Assembly (NCBI GenBank): GCA_030141605.1
Contig: JAQGDQ010000131.1
Coordinates: forward strand, 124,001 to 188,000
DNA length: 64,000 nt
Direction: 5' to 3'
From: Tubiluchus corallicola
Lineage: Eukaryota > Animalia > Priapulida
The notes under the pieces were generated by a model that was not told the origin of the DNA, made no database searches, and saw only the letters and a program-made list of their open reading frames with translations. A program made the translations under genes and the position numbers. Shown here piece by piece: positions 1 through 23,600 of this stretch. The stretch's first letter is position 1. Each line of letters begins with the position of its first letter.

Positions 1-264
1 ATGCGATACACATACCTGGCACCAGTTTCACAAAGCTGTCATTAAGTCAACGACGTAATTATCAGTTTAATGATTGTAATAACAACACAGTTAACTTAAC
101 GATAGCTTTGTGACACTGGCTTAGAAATACATGTATTACACAAGTTATTACTTAGCACCCCTTACAATATCTTGGCTACAACACTTCTTGCTAGATTATA
201 GCTTGAATAAATGAGAGTAAATGTTTAGAAAGTTTATATTACCAACAATGAACAGCTACCACTG

Positions 265-555
265 GGGGTGAGCATCCTCTCTATCAAAAGCGAATTTGAA
301 TCAAACCAAATTTCAAGGTTACGAATGGAATTCGAATTCAATTTTAAAGATTTTCGAATCATTAATAAAAAGTAGTTCTCGCAAAGATCATGCGTATTGC
401 TTGATTTTGTTCTGCAGTAAAAACACTAATAATTTGTTTAAAATTGAATACAGAAATCACTCTAAATTGTGCTGTTTGCATGCTGTTTCAAGAATTTTAA
501 TGATAAAGAACGTGTAGTTGAAATGGTTCGAATTCGAATGTTCGATGCTCACCCC
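265..555. mobile_element. MITE-like non-autonomous DNA element
   Basis: Terminal inverted repeat GGGGTGAGCATC (265-276) / GATGCTCACCCC (544-555), with repeated CGAAT/ATTCG subterminal motifs at both ends. No clear TSD. Confidence 0.6.
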
Positions 556-829
556 TTGTTCGATATATACATGTCCTTGTGAACAGTTTATAATCTGTGG
601 GATTTTAAAGCAATTCCTCAAAGATATTTGCTTCATTTTCACTTAGATGTTGCTGATAGCTTGGCTACTAACAATCCCACATTGTTTCAGAAGACTACAT
701 AGATTGAAACAAACAATTGCTAAATGCAATATTGATGATCAGTTAATGATAATGAATTTTATACTATTTTTAACTACAAAGAAGCTACCTACAGTCCACG
801 AACAAATCTGTTTTAAATGCTTGAATTGT

Positions 830-4757
<3,928 letters not shown>

Positions 4758-6784
4758 GTTTTCTAATTTGAAAAATATTTAAAACACTAAAAGAAATCAA
4801 AGCCTTCTACTCAAATGGAACACAAAAATGAAGAGAGGAATTTCAGACACCGGTGTCAGGTCAGCTAACCTCTGGCCAGCGATCGATTAGTGATCGCAAA
4901 GAATTCGATTACTGAACGTGTGGTACAGCACACGAAGTTTAGTTTGTGACAAATATTTTTTATTTCGACTTCTTGTTCCACTTTTACGTAGTTTTAGGTA
5001 TCTTAATTGGCTTTTATTTAATTTATTTATACTGTAGCAGTCCTCTTCTAGCTCATCTTTCGTTGTGGAGATAATTTTTAAGGAGCCAATACATTTTTGC
5101 TATCTTTCTTATTAGAGATTGACTGAAAAGGCTTGTTTAACTGAAATATGGAAAGAGAACAAACCGCTTCAAGAAAGTATAGGTGTTGAACAACAAGATA
5201 ATAAAGTTAAAGCGACAGCTTCTAAATAAAAGAAGAAACAGAAGCAGCCAAAAATGCGTCAAAAGAAGTTAATTTGTCACAAAGAAGTAAAAAAATATAA
5301 AAAGAGTAATACTAATATATCATGATGGTTAACAGAAAATTTAGCATGAAAGAGGATAAAATTTATAAATATACATATAATGAATTGTGAAAAATTGTCA
5401 CTAGTCAGAAGAGTAAAAAAGCTAGAAAGCTGACAGCAGTAAGGAGGTGTTAAACATTGAGCATTTTGGAAATATAAAACGAAAATCTCTAGTAATAAAG
5501 AGGTAAAGTGTGGTATTAAAAATAAAAGGGGCAATGAGATAATGACAAATGAAAAATTGGCACATTTGCAGTTTACTAGGTTCATTGAACATTACAAACT
5601 TTACAGGCTTCATTACATTCTCCTCACACCCTACTACCTTCATATATCAATCCGACTTCTGACACTCTATCTCCTTCCCGCTCCCCATACCAAAATATAC
5701 CAAGCTGCCACACTGCCAAACCAGCCATACTGCATACCTGCCAAAACTAATTGATTGACTAATTGACTAGCTTAGCTAGCTAACTAATTAACAGTCTTCG
5801 TTCAGTCACATTTTTTGAATGGCATGAAGCCTCAAGTTCCGTGTGTTCCAATATCCATTACATGGGTTTATATGGGTTGTATGGTTTATACATAGGCCTA
5901 ATGTAATATAATCTGTTTGAGACTTTGAGTATGTCTTTTGCACTTTGTCCTGTTGGTTGCTATGGCTTGTTAGTATTATTAAAGTTTTAATGTAAATCTA
6001 ATCTCTTCATCTGGTCATTCTCCATAATTTCATCATACTTCTCACCACGTCTTCGCATCTTCATTACATTTCAGGCTTACCTTCCCTTTATCTTATACCT
6101 CCTGCACTCCGTTATTCAATATTGGCTGTTCGGCTCAGATCTTACAAGTTCACCTTCTGATTGGAACCAATAGTCATTTGTGCTGTTCATCATAATTAAT
6201 TGTTAGGCTATATCTTATTTAAGGTTATTTTTCATGTTCTTTCTATATTGTGCATTTTTGTATAAGATATTGCCTCCTCTGTACTTGGCTCTAGAAGTAA
6301 ATAAACAACAAATACACAGCTGTTAGAGATAATCTTGCTGAAAACTGTACCACATTTTAAACTTTGAATTACAAGGCTTCAGATTCAATTAGGCATATCT
6401 TTGAGTGTAAGCACTTGAGAGTACGAAAATTAAAAGTAAGTGTTAAAACTTACATATTAGCAAGTATTGTGACTTTTGGAAACTATATTTAAATAAACTT
6501 GTATTATACAAAAAGTTCATTTTGCAAAGTTTAATTAGTTTGACTACGTGGAAAACAGTTTAAAAGATAAAGTGTTATTGTATCTGCATTCTTCTAGATG
6601 GGCCTATCATTAAATGTTTATCTAATTTAATTGAAGAAGGAGCTGTTAAGTAGTAGCATGAAAGAATAGTTAATACTCGTTTAATCTAACATAAATTGTG
6701 TTAGTAACTTTTATTAAACTAACTGGCCTTTTTTACTCAACCTTGCTTATTGTTTTCTCAGTGTCCCCATATCTTATCTAGCCG

Positions 6785-9751
6785 ATGGAGAATCAGCAAC
6801 CAGATGAGAAGAGTTTGAAAAAAGCACGATTTCCTTGGCAGGTGAAAGGTCACCACCAGCGAGTTAGACTCGAGGACAGTACTGATGGTGCTTCATCTTG
6901 TCACGAAGAGGTTGTTTTGAGTGACAGACACAGTGTAGCTAAAAGGCTTCACGAAACACAAGACACTGATGAAGCTGGGAACAGAAAAAAGAAATTTTAT
7001 GGAGAAAGTTGCCCAGAACAACGAGTCGAAGGGCCCATCATATCTTGTGCAGTTAGTGAATCTCAGACTGAAGAACCAGTTTTGCAGTATGGACAGCAGT
7101 CAGGTCCAAGAATTGTTGAAGAATCTGAGCACCCAGACGAGTCTACCTGTGATAATGAACTACCAAAAAGCCCTAAGCAAAGTGATACCGACAGCACAGA
7201 AGTTACGATATCTTCGCCCACAAGTATGGCTGCTGCCTGCGCTGATTCGGCGAGCTTGCGCATGTTGGATACCTGCAGTTTGTTGTTAGAAAATGCCATG
7301 ATGGAAGACAGCAGTGGAACTGATTCTGATAGTGATGCAGTTGAAGACGGGCCTGGGCTAGCAGCTACCGACCGGGCAGTGCAAGAATTTGCTAGACGAG
7401 TTATTCACACTATCACGCACACTTACGTCCAGTTAAGAAAGTGGCAAACTCGACACATGGCAAGAAGTATCATCGATAATGCAATCAATAAGGTAAAAAT
7501 GGCCTCCTGTTTTGACAAAATAAAAATGTATTTTAGTGTTTCAAAGTTTTACTGTTGCTTGAACTTGAGCTATAACCAAACAGCCTTAATCCAGCTGTCT
7601 ATTCTAGTCTAACCCAGCTTGTCTAATGAGCGTTTTCTGATTTGCTTTATACTATAATGATCCTAATCTACCATAGTTTACTGGTCTGCTTGAATGGAAA
7701 ATTAAGTGTATTTAAAGTGCAATAACTTACTTTTAGATTGGAACTGATTAATCATTAGTTGCTTCTTTATTGTAATGAAAATTTCTACCTCTGTGTTTCT
7801 GAAAATGGGTGCCTATTGGTGCTTTAAAATTAGTGTGATATATTCAAACCTGATAAAAATCTTGTCTGCTAAGATTCAGTCAAGTATACACACATTTGTG
7901 GAGATAAAACTAGGCCAGAGACACCTAATACAATTCACCAGTAACTGTTGCATGCAAATTTACGTGCAATTAAGTATGTTTTGATACGTTTCTCAAAAAA
8001 ATTTTAATTTCATAAAATTAACAAACTTTAGTATGATCAAAATGTGCAAAAAGCTTTATATGTGAGCATCTCATGGACATTATGAATCTTATTTAGTTTA
8101 TGTAAAACATGGCAATTTAGTATCTCTTCCTGCAAATGGACAATATAGTTCAGTAAAAAAACGAAAAAACCTCAAAACTTGGATGTCAATAAACTTGGGT
8201 GTAGTAGTAATGTACTAACCATAAAGTCCAGATGCCTACTGCTGGGGGAAAAGTAATTCATTTTGCAGATGTTTATTTTAAAGGTGGAGGTTATTTAATT
8301 TGTTATTAACACGTGTTATTTCTAGGTTTTAGAAGATTCAGGACTGGCACCTGGCTCAACAGAAACTGGGTTATTAGATGTTTTAAATGAAGAAGATGTT
8401 GTGGTTGATGAACAGGAGCATGACCAGGATGTAGCCAATAGTATTGAAGCACAGGGTGTATCAGCCGCTATTCTAAATAGGTAATTGTGGTTATAAGTCA
8501 ACTGTGGTAACTGTGGGATTTAATTATTTGAGAAAGACGGAAGGAGTACAACAGAAAGTTAGAAATCTTGTCAGGACTGGAATCTGGAATCTTGAGAACC
8601 CTGGTCAATCAACTTTATTTTTCTAAAGTATAAGTCTGCTGCATAAACAGGAAAGAATGCCCTACCTAGAAGTTTCTTGATTTAACTCTGTTTTTAACAA
8701 AAATAGCAAGAAACAATTGTGAAACTGCAATTTCTGAAAACTGCTCTGAAGAGAGCTTACATAGATGGTGCCCCAAGATGTCTAGTTAAGTTGCTTGGTC
8801 CATCTGACAAGTTCGAGTTTCTTTTGTTGAAGCGCACAATCCTTGTTGCTGATATTAAAGACATGTCCATTTTTGCATTTTCTTGTTCTTTCTTGATTTG
8901 TATGATCATACGTATTATGAGCGATTACAAAGGCAACTTCTGGTTTAAGTTTCAAACCTGTGAATTAAAGCGCCCAAACCTGAGTTTTCATCATTGTTAA
9001 GTTGGTGACTAAATACATCATACAAATGAGATAGCTTTTGGAAATCTTATTTTGCAAAATATTTAATTCCAGTCTTGTAGTCTATGATTAAGTTTATCTA
9101 TGATAACCTTCTGCCTAATTAAATTTATATTATGTTGAAACCAGTTTCCGGTTTGAGATTATAATGACTCTAGAAATAATGTGTAGCTGGCCTGAGCCAA
9201 ACCAAAAAGAATTGGTACCAGCCCGAATCAAAACAACTGAGGATTAAATGCTATAGGTTACACGGGGTTTTTTATCCAAAAATGCCAAGATCCAGGGGCT
9301 TGTCCAGCTATACCTGTATTTTCGTTTTCCATAAACTGATTTTAGTTTCAAAAACTGAACAATTGTTAACAATTGCTGACACTGAAATTAATTCAGATTA
9401 TGTTAAGTGGTAAAATTTCTTGATAAATTCCTCCATAGAAAATGTACAAGAATAAATGGTCTATCGCTAGACCTTTTTTATATAACTTTTTTTCATTCTA
9501 GAGGATTACATATCGCTGACACAACCAACTCCAACGGAGACCAATCCCCTGCTGACACATCAGCCGCCACATTCAGAAACGAACAGGTTTCGCTCACGCA
9601 CAATTGGAGTTTGTCATCTCCTGTGCCACCTACAACGTCGCAAGCTGGACATTGTACCAGAAACGCGAGTCTGTCATGTGACAGTGGCAACGAGCAGCTA
9701 CTTGATGCAGCTGTTTCTGTAGCGATAAGTCAACAAGGACTGAACTTTTAG
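6785..9751 (+). CDS. Uncharacterised acidic, largely low-complexity protein, 3 coding exons, 370 aa
   Basis: Exons 6785-7492, 8326-8480, 9502-9751. Donor/acceptor pairs AAG|gtaaaa...tctag|GTT and AG|gtaatt...ttctag|A; phases 0 and 2 agree; 1113 nt open. An acceptor (ttttctcag, ending 6761) just before the ATG implies an upstream non-coding exon. Motifs KKARFPWQVKG, WQTRHMARSIIDNAINKVLED, VSAAILNRGL, AAVSVAISQQGL. Confidence 0.8.
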
Positions 9752-12119
9752 GATGATAGTCAGCTATTTTACACTGATAAAGAGTATCAGCTATACTCTG
9801 CACCAAAATTTTGAACAAGCTACTGTTTATGAGTATGTTGCAATGCAGATAACTGAACAATGCCCAGTTTTGTTAGCTAGCAAACCAGCACTGTAAATAA
9901 CGTAATGGTATGCCCTGTTCATTTTTCAGTGGGCTTTGTTTTGCATGGAAGGCTTGACATTAATGTCCATTCTTCCTGGACTAGTAATAGTTCAGTAGTA
10001 ATGGCACTAGTAAAAAGAACTAATCATTTAGGCTCAATTTTTGCTGCTGAATTTAAGAGCTATATTAACTTTCTCGTATATTTTAACGACAGTGTGAGCA
10101 TTGAATTTGTGCCATCTGTGTACGTAAAAATAGACGCTTTGTACTAATGAATTTCAGTTTTGAACACTTTTTTGTCTGTGTTATACTCTAGGCACTATAC
10201 AAATAATTAAGGACGAGTCAAACCAACATATCAGTTCAATCCAGCCTGTTCCCGGATCTGGCAGTACAAATCCAGATCGGATCTAGACACTCAGTGCCCC
10301 TTGCACTTCTAAAGTCCAAATGCTTTGGAGTTCTATTTTTTGCCACAGTTACTATTTAAAGTAATGATGATGATAGCACATAAAATATCACACAAAGTGT
10401 CAAATTTCAGACAATAAATCAGTTTCCAAAACCAACAAAATTAGTGATTAAGTAAGACTTTTAATCTAATTCATTCAAAATTAAATATGTGTTCAGAAAC
10501 TGCAGTAAAAAGCTTTTGCTGCTTTGATTGTTTTTCATTTTTTGATATAATTTTCATTGAAACAAGAGAAGAAAAGGCTCAAGGATTTGCAGATGTCCTG
10601 AAGATGATGACAAAACTGGGCTGTTGCTGCGACTGATAATGATTATGGTAATAGTGATGATGAGGATGAAAATGATGATAATCATGATGATGATGGTGAT
10701 GAGAATGAAGAGGGGTAGGAGGATGCCATGGCTTTTCCTATTTGTGGGGTGCTTCTAGTTCTAGTCTGGATCCGCCATCATATTTCACGCAAACATTACC
10801 TAGTAGCAGGTACCTAATTACTTTATCCGTCTTCAGCTGTTTGCCAATGACGAGTTCATTTCATGGCTGCAAGCTATCTTCCTCTTTAATGAGGTCTAAT
10901 TACCTTGGCGTAGATATTCAGGATTATTGATTTAAAGGATTGTCGTTGTTGTTTATATATCTCAATGACTAACTTAGCACAATTACCATTATTGCACAAA
11001 TTTTCAGTAAAGACTGGAATCAGTTCTTGACTTTTGTCGACATAACCACGTTTTTACAGTGTACTAATATTTTTCTTGCAAGTCATGTCAAAGTCTACTA
11101 CAGAACTACTACGCTTCAGTTTTTTTCTAGAACTGTATCTCTGTGGAAGACTGGTAATTCATGTTTTTTCCTTTTGATTATCATCTCTAAACCAAATTAG
11201 TGAATTTTACTGCATTTCATCTTTTCCCAATTTTGCTGGTTTTTACCACTTACGACTGCATAATTGCTCTGTTGTTAAACATACTTGTAATGAAAGGCAA
11301 GATCCTATAACCATTGCAATATGTATATATATATATATATACAGCATATAAAACGACTCACAGAGAAAATAATTTTGAGTTATACCGTCTGCACTGTTCA
11401 TTGAATTACATTTTATTGAAGACGAAGTTTGAGGCAAAATACAATAAAGGCTTCATGTATTTCTGGAGGATATAAGATAATTGATCTTCAGTGTAATATG
11501 CAGTGCCTACTAATGCGCTTGCGTGTGTGTGTGATTATTATTGCTACAGATATTTGGATCATCTAGACTTAAGTAAAGTTTTTTGAGAATGCTCATCAGG
11601 AACGGAATGTTTCACTAAAATTTTCCTTTTTAAGATGAGATGGAAAAGAGGGTTTAGAAAATCATTTTGGAAGGCAAAGTGAAGACTGTTGAACTTCATT
11701 GCTTTAATATATGAATCTGCTGGTTTTGTTGTGTGGCCAAAAGATTTGCCAGTTTGATGTGTGTGTTGCACTACTGCCCGAGTGTCCATATGTAAAACTG
11801 TCTATATTTATGCTCACTGTGTCACTAGATACGTGATGTAACAGGAGTCTGATGGGTATTATTTGATGAATTGCTAGCTGACTTTTTTCCCACACGTAAA
11901 TTTTTTGAAATCTGCCAGATGGTTCATAAACACAGGATGCCAGATGATGTATGAGCACACACACATCTAGTGATTTGGTATATAAGGCATAAGCTTCAAA
12001 TAGTAAGACAGTTGGCTGTTGAGTACATATCACCTGACGACGAGATTGCAGTAGAAACTTGCAGACTGGAGTGGCTAGTATAACCTGGTTACAAACTGGG
12101 TGTACAGGTGAGCAAGACT

Positions 12120-19314
<7,195 letters not shown>

Positions 19315-20683
19315 TATGTGGTGTCCTGTTGGATGAAACTTCTTTGCAAAACAATTTAAGTAAAATTAGGCATCTGGTGATCACACCAGCCAAGTGGGGC
19401 TGAGATGAATGTTTACATGCTTTGCTAGGATGAAAGTGCTAGTGCATGCAGTTTGTCCTAAAGTATTTTAGGTAATCTTTTACTTGGGCAATCAAGCTTA
19501 GATGGACGACCCATCAAGTTGCAAATTCTTGCAATTTGGCTTTTTTGTTTGTTTAGCTTATGGACAGTGTGATTTATTGATTTATGTGTAGTAATATTTG
19601 CAACCAGTTATGTACCCACACAATGCTTTATTTAGTGCTATATTAATTAGCTCTAGCAAGATATGTTTTTCCACATGCACCACAAACAAAATCTGTTTTT
19701 AGGCTCATGTAATAATTTCCAAGTAGCTGACACACAATATTTATTATAGCTCTTGAACTAGATATTCAATTAAGTAGAACCTTTGTCATAGTCGTTCAGC
19801 ACTAGTCACCACTGGGAGTCAATTCATTACGATAAGAACAAATAACTGTAAAATATATTGTGGATGGTTAAGAAACAGATCCAGCAGATGTAATAAATTC
19901 TCATTTTTAAATGATTATGTGATGTTTAAGTTCTAAAATTTTGAAATGTTAAAATTTAGTCATTATCACGCTTAAAATGGCCCATGAATGTAATATTAAA
20001 AGCAAGAATTTTAATCGGAGATCCTATAATTGGTGCTGTACTTGCAATTGTTCTGTATGAACGATCTCTGTCTGTGTATATTTTCCAACCAAATTCGCAA
20101 TATTTGGAATGTTTCTCTCCAATGCAAAATTAAAAAATAAAAGTCATGGCTAACCTTGTTAAACACCTATGGTGTAGTTCCGTATGTCCCAATGACGTTA
20201 TACCAATTTTGTTCAGTAGTGAACAATGGCATTTCCCCATATTGCTCAACATAAAAAATGGAGAGTCTAAACTCTAAAATTATCAGGATCAATTTTTGCA
20301 ATAAGGACACTTTTGCAAAATTCAAATACAAGTGTGTAAAATATCTCACACACATCAATGTCACTGTAGTCCTAACTCTCCAAATTTTTAATGCTATTCT
20401 ACTGGATGCAATTTCAAAGTGAGTAACTTTACATACAAAAACATGCAAATGCATAAGAAATCTTTACTTAATACTGTAGCTTAGTAAAGAAACACTGTGT
20501 AAAGGCAGCAATGGTTCACAAATTGATTATTGAAAAAGTATAATATATACATATGAATATATATCACAAGCAGGATAAAGTGAGACAGTTATTTAAAAAA
20601 CACCTTAGTTAATTTCGTCCACATTGAGCGAATAAAAGTAATGTATATTACAATAATAAAAACTACAATATGTACAAATGATT

Positions 20684-23600
20684 TCAGAAAACAACAAAGT
20701 TAGCTGTTTTAGCTCCAGAACTTGCATTTGAAGCCAACAACGGATTTGTGGCGAATATTTTGACAGGTAAATCCCACACTAATGTTTCTACGTCTAAGTC
20801 GACTGGACCTCGCCAGATACTGCTCTCTGACTCATCTTGTGGAACTGGATGGTTAGCCAATGGTCTTCCGGCTGCCACAAACTCAAAATGGAGCCTCCAC
20901 TTTAATGCAACTACAAATGTTTGCAAAAAATTGGTAAAACTTGAAATAAAAACATTTTACGACTCCTCTACTAATGAAAGTCCAAGTCTTGGCATTCAGC
21001 ACAAGTGACTTGCACTAAACATAAATTGCATTTGCTTCAACTCACAAGTGATTTATTTGAAGCAAATAATTGTGACTCACCTATATCTGTAATGAAGCCG
21101 GGAGTGACGTGCAGCGGTATTGGCAATATTGCCTGACACTTGCTCGTGTGCAGGCAGTAATCATGGTGCTTTGTGTAAGACACCACTGTAGAACCTGAGC
21201 CGGGTTTTAACCGATATTCGTCAGATACCACTTCCTCACTCTGTAGAACTACTGAAAGCTTAAGAAAATGTCTACATTTTAATTAATAAATGGACTTAAC
21301 ACTTAATACAGCAGTAGGCTGAATCTGTTGTATGTCTAGAGAGCAATGTGCAGCAATGTACAGTGGTACAAGAACTATCTGACAAATAAAAAAGTTTGAC
21401 ACACTGGAAGCCACCTAACAAGCCAACACAACACTCAGCAGCAGGACTTACTTTCTACGCAGGATCAAAACCTGGCTCATTATCAGGAATAATCCTCTAA
21501 AATAAGATGTGAAGCAAACAAAGGCAGTGTTGTAGTGTAATGCAGATGAAAATGTTGTGTAAACGAACAGAATTTCAAACCTTAGGCTTGCGAAAAACGG
21601 TTTTTCTTTTTCTTTTCCAAACATTTTAGAAGAGAGATTAATTCATTAACTAGTCCAAAACTAAACAGTAGTAACATCAATGTTGTAATTCACTTTATAC
21701 TAATTCTAAAGGCAGCACAGTTAACCCTATTACTGCTTCTCCTTTCTCTCTTTACTACCCCCATTTTAATGCTTCAGCTACTCCTTTATACCTGCTATTA
21801 TGCATTGGTAAGTCTAAGAACTACAAAAAACTAGGTTGTGGCATTTTACAACAGCTTGAGCCATGTACTAGCTACAAGTTTAGCAAAAATAAGGAAGTAA
21901 AAATGCTTGACTTAAGAACATATTTTCACAGAGATAAGGTAGAGGTTTATATGTTTATATTATTAACAAACATAACCAAAACTTAACACGACTGGTAAGA
22001 AAAGTCAATAACCCTAGAACAGCAGGTTACCCATGTTCAGATGTATATACAGTGTATACATAATGCACATCTACACAGTATTGCGCACAAAATCACCAAG
22101 ATATGATCACCCATTCATTTATTAACCAGGCCTAGCATCGCTTTCCCTTTGTCTCCAAGTACACACTGTAACCACTTTATTATTTTTACCATCTCACCAA
22201 AGCATTATGTTAAAGTAATTAGAGAAATCACAGATTGCACTATTTATCTTTACTTATTCATAATCACAATAAATGTAACAACAAATTTACAAATAATACA
22301 AGTAAGTGTGAATGGGAGGCCCACACAAAGCTGCAACATGTGTTGGCTAAGTCAGGGCCACCCAAATTAGTACAACTATAAAATTATGTTTTATCGATAG
22401 TTAAAAAAAGATGAGCAGCAGGAAGAGTGCTAGCAGGTGGTGCAACTGTGATTTTTATAAAAGTACAATAATGTTTTGTAAAAAAGGACATTCTTGAAAA
22501 TAATAGTTATGCTAGTATAAATAATTTGCACCTATTACAGACTGTACAATGACATTAATTTTTTTATGTAATTCATACGTGTAAACTTGACAAGCAATAT
22601 AAATAAAAATTTTAACTGTAGTGAATCATTGAGAAACAAATCCACTACATTGGCCATACAATGTACATTTCCTAAAAAAGTAAAAAAAACAAATTAACAT
22701 TCACGTCCGTAAATACCTGCACACAAGGAATGGTGGCATCTGTGAAGTCAAAGGTTCCAATGATGTCCTCACCTATCCGGTACGAAGATTTGAATAAGCA
22801 AAACCGACAAAGTTTACCTTTTGCATTTGTAATGTTATACGAATCTAAAGCAAGAAATAAATTTAAATTATTACTGAATAAAACCTGCTGAGAAAGTTAA
22901 TAGAAATATATCGGTATACTTATCACATTTTATTAATTAACTAGGAAATCTTAGAAAACTGTTAAATTTATTAGGCAAAAATTCAACTCATTAGAGTAAA
23001 TTTATGTCAAAGCACAATAGCATTCAATCTGAAATTCTAAATTATTTGACTCACAGTTCAAAAAAAATGATAATGCCAGCTGCCAAGCAGTCTTGGGTTG
23101 AAATTTGTGTTATCACACTGTGTTGTACAGCCTGTCTCAAAACCATACAGAAATGTCAAAATTGAAGAGATCGAATCTAAACCTATCAGCGATCTTGTCT
23201 TGCGTCTCGCTTATTGGTTTATGAGCCAGGTGCTGAGATCGTAAACACACTTGCCAGTACTGCTACTGAACAACAGTCACTATGCATGCTAGAACACTTA
23301 TAGGTGCTAGTATGCACGGGCTTCATAATGGACAGAATCAGGATGAAAATGATAGGTATTTTTAATTATAGTACAATAGTTTTGATATGGTTATGATATA
23401 TATATATATGTATACCGAATTCCTGCATATTGTTAAAATTTACTTCTGAAAGATTCTCAACATCTTTCATACGGTGACTAGCGAATCATCACAACTCAGT
23501 CACATTCTCAAGTGTTTTATGAATCACACAATTGAAGCTCCAGCCATAGGAACACTTTGAACAGTGAAGTAATGTTTAGGACTATTACGACATTGAAAAA

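Noticed and set aside
7493-7612. C-terminal 39 aa of the 275-aa ORF
   Set aside because: Read-through into the intron after the donor at 7492; splicing to 8326 continues the motif.
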